63,296 nucleotides of DNA, filler included, from Rhabdomonas costata (GCA_019059605.1; 48 parts of 48 records of this genome joined end to end with filler, not necessarily neighbours in it), one strand, 5' to 3'. Positions 1 to 13,004 are shown, numbered from the whole stretch's first letter. Numbers and translations: made by a program. Notes: generated by a model from the letters alone, not told the origin.

Positions 1-1020
1 TGTGGTGGGGGGGTGATGCATGAGCCCACTGGGATTTTGACAGAAGTGCAGTGGGGTTAGGCCAAGCGATGCTCACATCCCATGCGATCTCGCAGGTCTT
101 GAAGGAGCTGTTTGTTCAGACTGAAGTATGTTGTACGGTTGTTCGTTCTTGTTTGCCTCTCATTGGAGGGGTGGATTTCGTATGAGCGCAGCTGAAGCAG
201 ATCGTTGGCTGTTTCCGTATGCAATTTTTCTTTTGCTCGGAGCTTGTTTCCCTGAACAGTTAAGAAAAAGCAAATATCCTTTCCAAGGACGCTCGTAACA
301 CACTCGGGATTGTGATTGTCTGTGGATCATTTCTTCATTTCTGCTTCTCCTATATGTACCTGTTTGCAGATACCCTCTTTAGATCGCAGTCTTTCCCCAC
401 CGCGGTTCCCTCTGTGCGGGGTTTTTCGGTCCTTTTTTCCTCTTCGTTCGAACCTTCCGAAGGTTTTCGGTTCCCACCTCCTCCACCCCTTTCTTCCCGC
501 GTTCGGTTACGCCAACCTTGGACCACCCCTCCTCTCACCTGTCCTTTTGAACCGGTATATGGCATTGGAAGCAGCAGCTCAGCTCGCTGCTTCAGTGCTT
601 AAACGTATTGCCGTAAATGGCAATTAGGTCCTGTGGACAAAACCTTTGCTCTTTCGGACCAAAGCCCGTTGTTTGTGCCATTTGCAGTCAGCTGAGCTCA
701 ATCAGGCCCGGGAGTTGTCCCCAGCTTGATCTCGCAGGTTGTTTTAAGGTGATATCTGGTTAAATTCATCTCGTGGTGGTTTTATGTGGAATGATGATTC
801 TCAATATCGCGCTAATCACGATTACCCCCCCCCAAAAAAAAGAAACTAGCTCTTCACAATTTTGTCTGACGGGAAACCCGTGATAAAATCGCTTCGAACG
901 AGATTAGGGGTGGTGATAGCTCCCCACCGTCCCCTCAGCATTCTCCCTCTCTCGATCGACCGATCGAGCATTTCGTCGTCACTCCGATTTTGTCTCCTGC
1001 CTTTTCTTCCTCGGCTCGAG

Positions 1021-1173
1021 ATGTCCTCCTCTTCTCTTCACCGCTCGGGCTCGGGGGGCGGGGAGGTGAGGCCCCCGGTTTCCATCCCCGTGACTGCGGA
1101 GAGGCTGGTGCCGGTGTCCCGCACCGTGGTGCGGCCCAAGGAGGTGTCGGTCAGTGTGGACGTCCCGACCAAG
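1021..1173 (+). CDS. Probable first exon of an articulin/epiplasmin-like Val/Pro-rich cytoskeletal protein
   Basis: Pyrimidine tract + AG directly before ATG; encodes MSSSSLHR...VSIPVTAERLVPVSRTVVRPKEVSVSVDVPTK (VPV/VDVP-type motifs); AAG|GT donor at 1174. Confidence 0.5.
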
Positions 1174-1222
1174 GTCTCTGACAACCGCAGCACATCTGCT
1201 TATGCAGTGTGGAGTGCACGTG

Positions 1223-1322
1223 NNNNNNNNNNNNNNNNNNNNNNNNNNNNNNNNNNNNNNNNNNNNTTAATTAATTAANNNNNNNNNNNNNNNNNNNNNN
1301 NNNNNNNNNNNNNNNNNNNNNN
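1223..1322. other. Artificial contig spacer N44-TTAATTAATTAA-N44 (first of 47, recurring about every 1.32 kb)
   Basis: The same 100-bp linker, with stops in all six frames, lies between 48 contigs of nearly equal length (about 1.21-1.23 kb). Confidence 0.99.
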
Positions 1323-1479
1323 TTTACAAGGGGAGCGCCCGCCCGAAAAAATATCTGCGCCGCCGGCCCGTATGTCCGGATTTGGGGCTTCTTGTCCAAA
1401 GCGCACCCCTGTACCCCGATTCGCCTTCTTGACGCCTTGAGGTACTGGATGGACCATTGAGCTTAGGGTCCAAAGGATC

Positions 1480-1541
1480 CAACCGGAGGCACAGGGAAGG
1501 GCATAAAAAGCAACCGGAGGCACAGGGAAGGGCATAAAAAG
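1480..1541 (+). repeat. Tandem duplication, 2 x 31 bp
   Basis: CAACCGGAGGCACAGGGAAGGGCATAAAAAG repeated exactly. Confidence 0.95.
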
Positions 1542-3043
1542 GGCTTTTGCCGCAGCCCCTGAACCTTACCAATCCTTCGGGGCGTCATTGGAAATCATAT
1601 CTCGCCCCATTCGCTGGGTGATTTCCGCCCTTGCCGATCCCAGACTCAACATTGACCTCAGAACTCGAGTTAGAGTGGCGGGTCGGGGCTCAAATTTGGT
1701 GGTACAGTACTCCTTAGTTGCTTGGCTCTTCCCGGCCTCGGACTCAATCTTTCCGCCAAGGTATGGCCCCCTCCGGGTCCCATATTGGCCCTTGTAAGGG
1801 CATTTGAGACCATTGCACTGGCTTGGAGAGGCCCTTTTTTGGCCCTTTGCAGGCTGTGTGACGAGCCTCAGCTTTCGGCGGGCCTGCTTAGCAAACCTAA
1901 GGACAGAGCCCAGGAGTCTTTCATGCAGGCACCGGAGTGGGCCGGAATGCTTCGGTTTAGAGCCACGCTAGAGGCCGTTTCCGGGCCATTTCGAGGTGTC
2001 TTTGAGCCCTTTGGCTTTTTCCTTAGAAGGACCTTTGTTTTTTCACTGGCTTCACAAAGAACTGTAGGCTGGTACACCGTCTGCCCACCTGCACGCCGGT
2101 GTGCCAGCTCCGATTTGTTTTTTGTTCTGAAGGGTTGACAGCAGAAAGGATCAGACCACAGCATTTAAATTTATTCAAATATACAAAGGGCTTCTTCCCA
2201 GAAAGCCAATGACGCAAAGCTTCAAACCAAAGCCGAAGTAGACGACAAAAGCACTGAAACATGCTGAAACAGCCCCCCACATAAAGACTGCATGCACGGG
2301 TCAGCATCACATAATCGCGCAGCACCTGACACCTTCGCCGCTTTCGTTGTGCAGCGCCTGAGTATGAGACTTACAGTGACACCGGGCCTCCTCCGGGACC
2401 TCAGCTAGAGCACCGTCAATGTGCCGTCCACAGCCAAACCAGGTGGGCTTCCCACACTTTCTGCAATCCATTCGGTGACACATTTCTCCCGTACCCTTGG
2501 TACTCTTGGCAAGAAAAACGCTAGATAACTGCTAAAAAACCCACNNNNNNNNNNNNNNNNNNNNNNNNNNNNNNNNNNNNNNNNNNNNTTAATTAATTAA
2601 NNNNNNNNNNNNNNNNNNNNNNNNNNNNNNNNNNNNNNNNNNNNTTTTGTGTGGGTTTGACCTCTGTTTCCAGCCGTCTTAGGGTGTTGTACGCTGTCGG
2701 AAAAAAGAGTAGGCGCGTATGGGGTGTGTGCTCTGTGTGTATCCCTGCCAAATTGTGCCTGCATTGCATACCTAAGGGTGAGTCCAGGAGTACTTCTCCC
2801 TGGCGACGGAGTGAACCGGAATGCTTGTGTTAAGAGCCACCCTAGAGGCACGTTTAAGGGCCATTGTTGAGTATTTTCGAGATCGCTTGTTTTTTCCGCT
2901 ATTGCATTACCTTAGCCTTGGGTTTTGAAAAGAGAAAGAACATTAGGTGGGCACACCGTCCGCCAACCAGCATGCCGGTGTGCCCGCAACGATTCTTTCT
3001 TTTGTGTATGGGAAGGGTGCCCATCATCACGACACGTGCAAAG

Positions 3044-3256
3044 GCCGCCCATGCAATGCTACAATTGCGCCGCCGGGTTTCGTGGGGGACTGCCCCGCGG
3101 GAATGACCTGCACGGCCAACCTCTCCTGCGCGGAGGGGTACGAGATGTATCCTGGAATGGTCTCTCCCATTGCGACGTGCTCCTTCGCCGACGGCACCGC
3201 GGGCTCTAGCACCTCCCCTGGCGCTGTGGCAGGGCGGTTCGTGTACAACGGATGCG
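3044..3256 (+). CDS. Symmetric phase-1 exon of a Cys-rich extracellular (sushi/CCP-like) module
   Basis: AG...GT bounded, 213 nt; RPCNATIAPPGFVGDCPAGMTCTANLSCAEGYEMYPG...ATCSF...FVYNGC, with a C-x-x-G-Y pattern typical of sushi/EGF-like repeats. Confidence 0.55.
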
Positions 3257-6200
3257 GTGTGCATATATTTGTGACCTTTCATTGCTGTGAAGTTTCGATA
3301 TCGAAGTAGACTCTGGTCAGGCGCGCAAGCCTGAGATGACTTATGTCCCCAACCTGAAGCACCTGCTGGATCCCCAAGCTTCACAGGGGAAGTCCACGTT
3401 GGGGTGGGACCCACAAATGCCCTCGCCCTCACCCATGATCTGTGAGCGAGATCAGCGTGTTTGGCCGCGAAATCGAGCCCATTGCTATGCCTGATATTAT
3501 CCGTACCAGTGTACACCTTTTCCATTCAACTTTGTGCGTGTGTGCGTATGTACATACGCGTGTGTTGCCAAAACGGTGGTTACGTATGCTTTTTGAGATT
3601 TCTCGCAAGAACCTGGCCTCTTGTATTTTTGGGAGTGGGAAGGAATGTTTAGCAGTGCTAAACGCACCACCGTCCACCCCATTGAACGTCCCAACCCGTT
3701 CGTCTGTTCCCATCGTGCCTCGGACTGGCCTCCGCCTCTAAAATTCCGCCCATCGTCATGCGATCTTTCCAGCGCGTTTGACTACACTGGGCGAGTGCGC
3801 TGTTGACGGCTAAGGGATGGCTTTCTCTTTGGGGTGGTTCCGGGTCTTGGCGCCCCCCAAGAGAATNNNNNNNNNNNNNNNNNNNNNNNNNNNNNNNNNN
3901 NNNNNNNNNNTTAATTAATTAANNNNNNNNNNNNNNNNNNNNNNNNNNNNNNNNNNNNNNNNNNNNGTTGTTGTGGTAGCGGTCACAATAGTAACAAAAA
4001 AAACAGGGTTGGCTCGCCGACTCTTTGCTTCCTTACACACGCGACGCTGCTCGATGTGTCTATTTTGGCCCCACCGTCCGGGAACCTTTGCCCTGGTTCC
4101 GCATGTTTTCCTTTCATCTTAGGAAACAGTGCCGAACAGTTTCCTGCTTCATCAGGGATTCTCCAGCGGCAGGGCAGGCATCACCCATCCAGTATTCCGC
4201 CCTCCATGAGGGTCTTCGGAAGCTTGCCCACCGCCGCGTTGTGGTGAACTGCTTCCGTACTTTCCGAGGTCCAGCTATTGACCTTTCGGATATCCTCCAA
4301 CATGTTGTACTCTGTGGGTCGGCCCTGTCGGCACTGCTGGAGAATGCTCGTGGATGTCGCTCAGCGGCACCATGCCCTTGGTGACATTCTTTCACAACTT
4401 TCCCTCCTCCTTCCTGGTTACCTGGTTACCGAGTTCAGCGTACCCTGAGTGCCGTCGTCCTGGAGCACCCCGAGTCGTTTCTATACGTTGCCTTCGTTGT
4501 GTACGCACTTGTATCACCTCTTTACCTCTTTCGTCTCAGGTCTACGTTTGACCATCCTCGTGCACCTCTTGAACGCTGGATGGAGCACATTCGCAAAGCC
4601 CGCCTTTGGAGTTCAACGTTCTTCTCGGACTCGGTATTCCCATCGGTCCCTTCGCTTTATAACGCGATGGCAGTTGGTTCAAACAATGTCGTCTGGATCT
4701 CTCGCTTTCGACATGTGGCTCTCAACAGAAACGTGTGGCTGCCCTTGATCGCTTATCTCGTCGAGTTTCCATCACTTCGGCATGTGCGCTCTGCACCCCG
4801 CATTGTTTTTCCTTGTCGACTGCCGGCTCCCATGCTTCCACCTCGTGGCATTGCGCAGCTCCGCAATGCCAAAAACGGGCCTGTGCAGGGGACCTGGACT
4901 CTCCCACCGCGACACCGCTACCATGTACGCCATCACCCCTGTTGCCCTAACCCCTTGTGCTCTCGCCTCATGTTTGCTCATGACTGACGAAAGAGCAACC
5001 CTACCCTACAGAAAAGATATTTCAACAGTGGTTGACAACCAAGGTGTTGGCGGATATGCCCTGAACACCACAAGAATTGTGCGAGTAAAAAAGCATACTC
5101 GTTCCTTGGGAGAGGTATGGGCCCATCGGGTCCAATAGCCGTTGGCAGCCATGGGCCACCGTTTTTGTTGGTTTATGCCCCAACAACCNNNNNNNNNNNN
5201 NNNNNNNNNNNNNNNNNNNNNNNNNNNNNNNNTTAATTAATTAANNNNNNNNNNNNNNNNNNNNNNNNNNNNNNNNNNNNNNNNNNNNTGCGCTCCTCTG
5301 CTCATTTTTCCTTTGTTCCGGCCCATGCCTACTGTACCTTTTGTGCTCTGTGTACGAGTGTCCTGCGCACTTATCCTCGGCCTGACAGCGAGTATTCCTC
5401 GCCACTGCGGCAGCTTTCGATTATGTTGTACTCGAACTACAGCCGATGGATTTTTCACCAACCTGTTAGTCTTCCTGGTGTGCTCGGGCGCTATCCAGCA
5501 CTGGACGTCACTTTCACCTACCATGCCATCTGCCAAGCTCCGGAAGACACCCTGTGCGTCTCATGGTCAGGGTTGACGTGTGTTCAAGGCTTTGTTGAAT
5601 CTGACACATCAGACCTTACGCATGATCAGTGTTGTCTCCTCGCCGTTGCGTACTCTAGGGCTTTTTACCTGTGGAGTCACCTCCAGGATCATGTAGACGC
5701 CGTGCTTTCCTAGACCGACCCGGACCACTAAACGAGTTAGGATTAACCTCAGCCGTGTGGTGTTACTGTACTTCTGACATTGATCATGGAAGCTAATGCA
5801 GTGCATTGTTGCCTCTTTTTCCGCGGCATCCTCCTCTATTTCCAACAGTGGCTCTCCTATGGCAGAAACCACGACCTGATATCTCCGACCTAGTTATGCA
5901 GCTGCATTCATATACCTCTACCGCCGATCCCGCACAGCTGGAGGCCCGGGATTAGCGCTTAGTGCTTGCACCCACATTGTACCTCAAGAGAGGATGTGTG
6001 ACCACCAACACCTTCGATCCATTGAAAGCTTCACTCAAGGCGCTGTGAGGGTTGTTCCGTATATTCCCACTCCCCATTCGTGTTGCGGCTGCAATTTGGT
6101 GCGCTGCGCCTTGGCTCTACTGCCGCAGACACCAATCCTTCTGTGAGTCGGTAACCTTATTTTTTCAACTCCTAATGTTGCACCGATGGTTGTCCTTGCT

Positions 6201-7356
6201 GGGCAGTGGCCCTGGTCAGCGTCCGTGGGCCTGTCATATTCATCCTCCACTCGTTGCGCAACACACAGGATACGCCACCACTGTTCCTTACGTCTCCCAT
6301 ACATGCTGGTCCCTATCATCCACCCTCCCTGCTTCTTGTTCCCAACGTCTCCTCTCTTCCCAAACACCGCCCATATGTGGATATGTGCCTTCCTCTGTGC
6401 TGCCGCGGCTCAGTCCCTGGTGCGCTGGATGCCGGGAAAAACCAAGGCCAATACCAATGTGTTTTACTGATGTAAACCGGGCCATTTTATGAATTATTAC
6501 CACAAAACACNNNNNNNNNNNNNNNNNNNNNNNNNNNNNNNNNNNNNNNNNNNNTTAATTAATTAANNNNNNNNNNNNNNNNNNNNNNNNNNNNNNNNNN
6601 NNNNNNNNNNGGTTTGGTGTACCAAGTCCATAAACCACACCACACAGACCAAGAGGCCGGGTCCACTGTAGCGAGACATACATCCCCAGCAAGGTGTCAC
6701 AGGAGCATCCACAACAAGCATAGTTGCAGGAAAAAAGGAACGCCACAAACGCACGGGATGTGTGCCCAAGGCACACTGAAACCGCGACGGAGGGCCCTTT
6801 GACGAAAGAATCACTATAAACTGCCACAGGGGAAACCGGAAAGCAGGATTAACACAGGTTTGTGTGGCAGAACTCGGCAACAAAAAATAGTCCTCAAAGA
6901 AATTTTCCACAGGTTGCCACGTGGAATCCTGCTTTACTGCTCTTCTTGGTCGATTTAGTCGTTGACCGTGACTTGACAATTGCATATTTTGGTTGTCTCC
7001 AACGCACGGAGAGGTAGGCCGCCGTAGCAATGCCGCAACAATGCTGACACAATGTCTGAGAGTATTAATGGCTTCCTCCTGCCGCGGATCACTTCGGTGC
7101 TTTCCCGGCTGGGGGGCATCCTATTTCGGACTGATGATGCACAATAATCGCGCTCCACTTATTTTGGGAGGTGAAGATGGAGAGTTCCAGTTCTGCCACA
7201 TGAATATGATGTGTGTATGGAAGTCCCCCCCCACATCTGTCACCGCACACACCGCCGCTTTCACCGCCAATGGCACACCACACTCTCTTTTCCACCTTCA
7301 AGAGATGTGCTAACCACGCGCCCTCTCGCTCCCTCTTCCCCCTCTGCATCCTCTGT

Positions 7357-7581
7357 CTAGGCGGGGAACGGGATGACCAGCCTGGGGACTGAGGGCGACC
7401 CCGAGGGGGAGCTTGGGGTGGCCACGGCCAGGTTCCTGCTGCTGCCACCCACCAGGGAGGGGCCCGCGGACTCCAGGGGAGGTGCCTTGGAGGCCACCGC
7501 GGTGAGGTTCAAGGTGTGAGTCAGGCGCTTATGAAGGGTTACCACGGAAAGGTGGAGCTCCTCCACCGCCTTGCATGCGTC
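7357..7581 (-). CDS. Probable terminal exon, hypothetical protein
   Basis: Pyrimidine tract + CAG acceptor, GC-rich open frame (DACKAVEELHLSVVTLHKRL...) ending in TAG. Confidence 0.45.
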   Translation of the reverse strand, partial: DACKAVEELHLSVVTLHKRLTHTLNLTAVASKAPPLESAGPSLVGGSSRNLAVATPSSPSGSPSVPRLVIPFPA

Positions 7582-9785
7582 CTGCCACAGAAAAGACAAA
7601 AAAAGGTTTTCCATGAGAGAGGGAAACACACACGGGGCACAATCGGGGTGCTAACCCCGATGGTTCCGCAGACAAAGACACGGAGGGCAACGACACAGTG
7701 GCGCAAAAGTGTCACACTGCAGCCGAAGGCTCAGGAGACGATCAGGCCGACTATGCCCGACCCAGTCCAGCCAAGCTGAAGGCAGCAGGGCAGCCTTGCC
7801 GGCGCCTTCTGATGGGGTGCCAAGGAGCCATANNNNNNNNNNNNNNNNNNNNNNNNNNNNNNNNNNNNNNNNNNNNTTAATTAATTAANNNNNNNNNNNN
7901 NNNNNNNNNNNNNNNNNNNNNNNNNNNNNNNNTGTTTTTGGGCCCCATCCGTCCAGAGTAAGTCTGTTCTCTACTGTCACAATACCGGGCCGGGACAAGC
8001 CTGTGTCCCTGGCACATTCGTTTGAAACAGTAGAGAACAGACTTACTCTGGACGGATGGGGCCCAAAGTGCTAACACAGAAACAAGGGCAAACTTCAACG
8101 CAATAGCTGAGGTGTTCAGCTGCCCAGGGATTATGGGAAATAAACAGCACTGCTGGAGCATTGCTATTTGCGTAACATCAGCGTTGGTTGGGTTTCCATT
8201 TTTTTTCATGTTCACTAAAATGCACTACTGGAGCGATGGTGACCGAAATAAAATGGAAACCCATACCACAAAGACTCGTCACCAGCTCATAGAACACCAC
8301 CTTCCACTTGTCGGGCAAGTCCTTGTGCTTGCTCTTTGAGCCCTGGCCGACACAACAGAGAAAATGCATATGAAAGAAATTTGAAAGGAAGATTCTCTAT
8401 GTGGCGGGATGGCGGGCTTCCGCACACTCTCTTTCCTGGAGTGGTATCTTTCCTCAGTACTTGTCAAATTCTCTTGAAGGTTCACCACTCTGCGAGAAAG
8501 TACTTGCCAGCTCCTCTTTTCCCACGGTGGACACAAGGCACAGGGTTCCTTCGGGGCTGCTACAATGGTCCTTGAGAAATATCATCGTCGTAGTGACACG
8601 CTGACACGCTGACTCGCCGCCCATACTTCTGCCCACTTTTCCGCTCACCTCTTTCCTGTTGGGGAGGTTTACACACACCAGCACTGCCTGAAGCATAGTA
8701 TACGGCACGGACTTCCGCACACGGCGGCCGCCCTGGGGGTTGTTCTCGGCGATCCGGGCGTACAGCCGCAGCAGGGCCTCCAGATTGCCAGACTCACCCT
8801 TGGGCATCATCGTGCAATATTGCTGGAAGGGAAGCACACATACGAGGACAGACACAATGCTCGGAATGAGATCGACCAGGGGTCACCTGTCCAAACCTAT
8901 CCAGGAGCATGTCCTACGCAACACTGATGAGAGGGGAGAGGACAGTAACACCCAGACGCAAAGACGATCCCATCTGACAACATTAACCCGAAAAATCCGA
9001 AGAAAAAGCCGCTGTGCGCAACACAACAGCAAGGAAAGTGCCAAAAGAAAAAGGGCAGACGCTTGGCAGGATCGGGTTGTGCACACAGGTTTTGGAATAC
9101 CTCCCTTTCAGATTGTGATGAGGTTTCAAGAAGCTGTGTGCACAACCAACCCCCNNNNNNNNNNNNNNNNNNNNNNNNNNNNNNNNNNNNNNNNNNNNTT
9201 AATTAATTAANNNNNNNNNNNNNNNNNNNNNNNNNNNNNNNNNNNNNNNNNNNNGGACCCATTGCAAGAGACCATACCATTACAGGGTGTCCCATTTGAA
9301 AATGATGCAATCATGGTCCTATACTTTTTCTTCGGGTTTTGACGTCAGACGTTCTGTGCAATACAATACAAACAATTGTACGATTCTGTGGCAGCAACAA
9401 TGGACAGGGTTGCATCTGGAGGAAGGGAGGCAGGGCGAAGCCGATGTAGGCCTGGGGTCTTTTGTATATAGAGCAGGCCTTTCCGAAACGCCGCATCCTT
9501 GGGGCCAGAATTTTTCTGACCTTTCACCCTCAATCGTTAATGGCGCCCGTTGGCGACTCTTTCGTGTCCCTTACCGGCTTGCGCACCATGCCCACGACCA
9601 CACACATTCACACCTTGAGACATTCCATCACCTTCAGTGTCCTGTGAAAACCAAAACACAAAGAAAGCAGATCATGGCCTCAAAACCGGAGCGAGACGTG
9701 TCGCCATAAACAAGAGCGCAAGATCCCAAACCATTAACATCCATCTGCTTAAATTGGGCAAGATAACGAGGAAAACGAGCCATAC

Positions 9786-9920
9786 CAGTACTTGCCGACG
9801 ATCCACTTCACGTCGTCGTGGTCGTGAACCGCAAGAAGCCTGCGCCCGTCAATCTCCGCGTACTGGAATACCTCGGCAAGAGACGGGGACGCGAAGCAGG
9901 GCCCAAGGATCTGCTTCAGC
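9786..9920 (-). CDS. Exon, possible SAM-like domain
   Basis: CAG acceptor and G|GTATGG donor; LKQILGPCFASPSLAEVFQYAEIDGRRLLAVHDHDDV resembles the SAM F-x3-EIDG-x2-LL pattern. Confidence 0.4.
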
Positions 9921-11337
9921 CTGCGGGGAACCCGATGCGTCATAATGGAATTTGCAAAGGTAATGAATATAGCTAACAGTTATCAATGCGGATGTCAAGG
10001 AAAAACGTGGACACGATGATGTTCCGCGTTCGGGTGCAAAAAAGAAAAAAAACCGCAGTGACAGGTAATGCCGATTCCCATTGGTTGTCATGGATGGGAA
10101 TCATCATGGCAGCCAGGCGCCGTTGCAGAATGGCGTCCAATTGAATGCTCAGCTACCTTTTCCAGGCGGGCTGGTCCAATCATATCCAATCATGACGCAT
10201 CATTACGTCAGCTTCTCACCCAGCACTCCCGCAAGCACGGCATCGCTAGAGGCCAGAGGGGAAAATGCCAGGGCGCGGAGGGGAGGGCAGAGGCACTTGC
10301 GGATCTCAATGTTGAGGTCCCTGACCTCGGGATCCAAGTCGTCGTCATCGTCCTCCCCGCGGTCGTCGTGCCGGCGGGAGTAAGGAGCGGAGGCGTATAC
10401 TCGCCGGCGTGCGGCGTGGCGCCTGTGAGTCCACAAGGGACGGGATGTTTAGTGACGGTTCAGATACAACTCACAANNNNNNNNNNNNNNNNNNNNNNNN
10501 NNNNNNNNNNNNNNNNNNNNTTAATTAATTAANNNNNNNNNNNNNNNNNNNNNNNNNNNNNNNNNNNNNNNNNNNNTGAGGGTGGGGGTGGGCCTTTCGC
10601 AACTTAGATGGTTTCCCATTGCCACATATCACAACAGCCACCACGCACCGCTGTGATGTTTGTCGTCTTTCTGTTGGTTCATCGTCCCTTTCTCCACACA
10701 CACACTGTGTTCTAGTCCGTTCCGCGGGGAAAAGACCACGGAAAATCACAACAAAAAAGGACAAACGTCTTCAGGTGCACAACCTGCAAGGAATGCAGAC
10801 ACACACACACACATTGGTAACATTATGACCCTCCGCCATGCGCCTTCTGTCCTGTTCTCTTAACTCTCTGTAAGTATTGCCTGACTCTTAAAGATCTCTC
10901 TAAGGATTGCCTTGAACTCTTGCGGTTCCTATAATGGGTATAAGCGTTTTATCCGGGCGTCTGCAAAGTTGAAATAGTCGGGAGCTGCGAGGTTGGGAGT
11001 TGGAAAAATGCGAGTAACGCAGCCCTTTTCTCTGTCCCCTCTCTATCCCTCGTGCAACGCTGTGAAATAAGTTCTGCGTGAGAATTGCTGAGTGGATAAA
11101 AGTTCTAATTGGTTGTGTGACGGCTGGAAGTGGATAATGCTGTCCACGACCCGTGGATCTTAGGCTTTCCCCCCACAAGGCCCACTTCTTTCAACAATCG
11201 CGCATGGATGATTTCCACCCCGAGACAAAAAACAACCAAAGCACTGAGCTGTTTTGGAGGGCTTTCGAAGGGTTTGGACCCCTGGAGTGTGAAAAAGCAC
11301 TGCGGTCACCTCGCGTCTTTGTTTTTCATTCGGACAG

Positions 11338-11478
11338 GCTCTCTCCGACGAGCTCTCTCGACTGAGAGGTAAGCTGCGCGATCTTACGGTGGAGTACGAG
11401 CACCTCGTGGAGGCACAAGACGTCCGGCAGGAGATGCGCCGGATGCTGGAAGCTGCGCGGCGGCTGTGGAGGATGTAG
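11338..11478 (+). CDS. Terminal exon of a coiled-coil protein
   Basis: CAG acceptor; ALSDELSRLRGKLRDLTVEYEHLVEAQDVRQEMRRMLEAARRLWRM* (absent from the ORF track because it has no start codon). Confidence 0.55.
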   Translation, partial: ALSDELSRLRGKLRDLTVEYEHLVEAQDVRQEMRRMLEAARRLWRM

Positions 11479-11612
11479 GGTCGTGGTTGTACTGGATAGC
11501 ATCATCTGACTGGCGTGGGTCAAGGGAGTGTCCGGTACGGCGCTCGAAACGTCTCTGTCTCTGTCGTTTGCTTGTATTCATGAGTGGATGTGCTGTGAGG
11601 TGGTTTAGGGGT

Positions 11613-11794
11613 GGTGTGACAATAAAACCACAACAGGGGGCATGGGAAGAGGAAGATGGCTTAGCCCAGAGCCTTGCTCTGGTCTTTTGCCTTCCCCTAT
11701 TGTACATTGCTAATGCTGCACGTCGGGAAGAGGGAGGAGGGCTTTAGGGAACTTCCTCTTCCCATGCCCCCTGTTGTGGTTTTATTGTCACACC
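11613..11794. repeat. Perfect 43-bp inverted repeat at contig end
   Basis: 11613-11655 is the exact reverse complement of 11752-11794. Confidence 0.95.
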
Positions 11795-11898
11795 CCCCNN
11801 NNNNNNNNNNNNNNNNNNNNNNNNNNNNNNNNNNNNNNNNNNTTAATTAATTAANNNNNNNNNNNNNNNNNNNNNNNNNNNNNNNNNNNNNNNNNNNN

Positions 11899-12712
11899 TG
11901 AGCAATGGCAGCATGCACTACCACTACCGGTAACTCTGACGCCTCAACCACCAACATCGATGGCATGATTCGGGTACTGTGGTGTGAGTAGTGTAAGCGT
12001 TGCATCCTACGCTACCGGTTACCACATACCTCAACCATGAGCCTATCATGTGGGTTGGGTGGTGCCCTGACGTTCCACCAGCAGTGGAGGGACAGCATAA
12101 GCACTAACCTCGTACCAACATGAACCCAAGGCGTGGGATTACAGGGTGTGTTACGCCCATACCACTACAGGGGTTGTATGCTGAGACTACGCTAGCACTA
12201 ACACTGCCTCGACCACCTTACAGTAGGGGTATAGCATGAGGTGAAGGGTAGGATGTTACTCCGACGCCTTAACCCTTACGCTCTACCACTACCATCCATA
12301 GGGTACGCGTAACACTACTAATAGGATAACTGAGCCCCTACGTTGGTGTGTAGCCTACGACCATGGTGGTGTAGTGTCTCTGGCTGCATGGGGTCATGAA
12401 CGTGTGACAACCTGTGAGGTACGTCCATGACTCGCCCCATGCCAACGCGATATCCCCTCAGCACCTGCACTTGACCAACCTGTGGCGTTCATGCATAGCC
12501 TTGGTTCCATCGTTACCAGTGGCCTTCTACTTGCTTACTATAGCGTTGCCTCATGTGCGTGGGGGCGTCTGAAATGCCAGCCTGCCAGTTCCATTCGCAT
12601 GCATGGGTCGTAGTTCAACACAGTAGGAATCACGGCTCTCACATGCGGGTCTCACATGCTGCCAGCGTAGCGGTGGGTTCACTTGTCCGTAGAGAGGTGG
12701 TTTCACTCATGA
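11899..12712. other. A-tract-depleted, CATG-rich non-coding domain
   Basis: No AAA/TTT in 11899-12571; 18 CATG in about 810 bp; no long ORF. Confidence 0.85.
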
Positions 12713-12777
12713 TTTCAGCTTGATATGGCAGTCTCAGTAAAGCTTCCAGGGTCTTTCCGGCCTTCCCCGTTTGGAAA

Positions 12778-13004
12778 TCCCGAAGGAAGTCCGCGAATCC
12801 GAAACCAAAGGCAAGAACTCCGAAACACTAACACCCTCAACTCGCGAGCACTAACCCCAACCCCGACCCCAACCTCCGAAGAGGAACCCCGAATCCCGAA
12901 CCCAAAGACATGACTACAGAAGGCAGAAGGCAAAGACCGAAAACCAAACCCCAGAACCCAAACCCGAAATCCGAACCCCAAACCCGACACCAAAATCCAA
13001 CCCC
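12778..13004 (+). repeat. Degenerate CCCNAA/CCGAAA (telomere-like) low-complexity array
   Basis: Repeated CCCGAA, CCCAAA, CCGAAA, CCCCAA and CTAACCCC units. Confidence 0.65.

Noticed and set aside
12482..12613. Frame reading IVTSGLLLAYY...IRMHG, faintly like cytochrome b
   Set aside because: Spacing to the heme His is about 8 residues short and the flanks do not match, even reading TGA as Trp.
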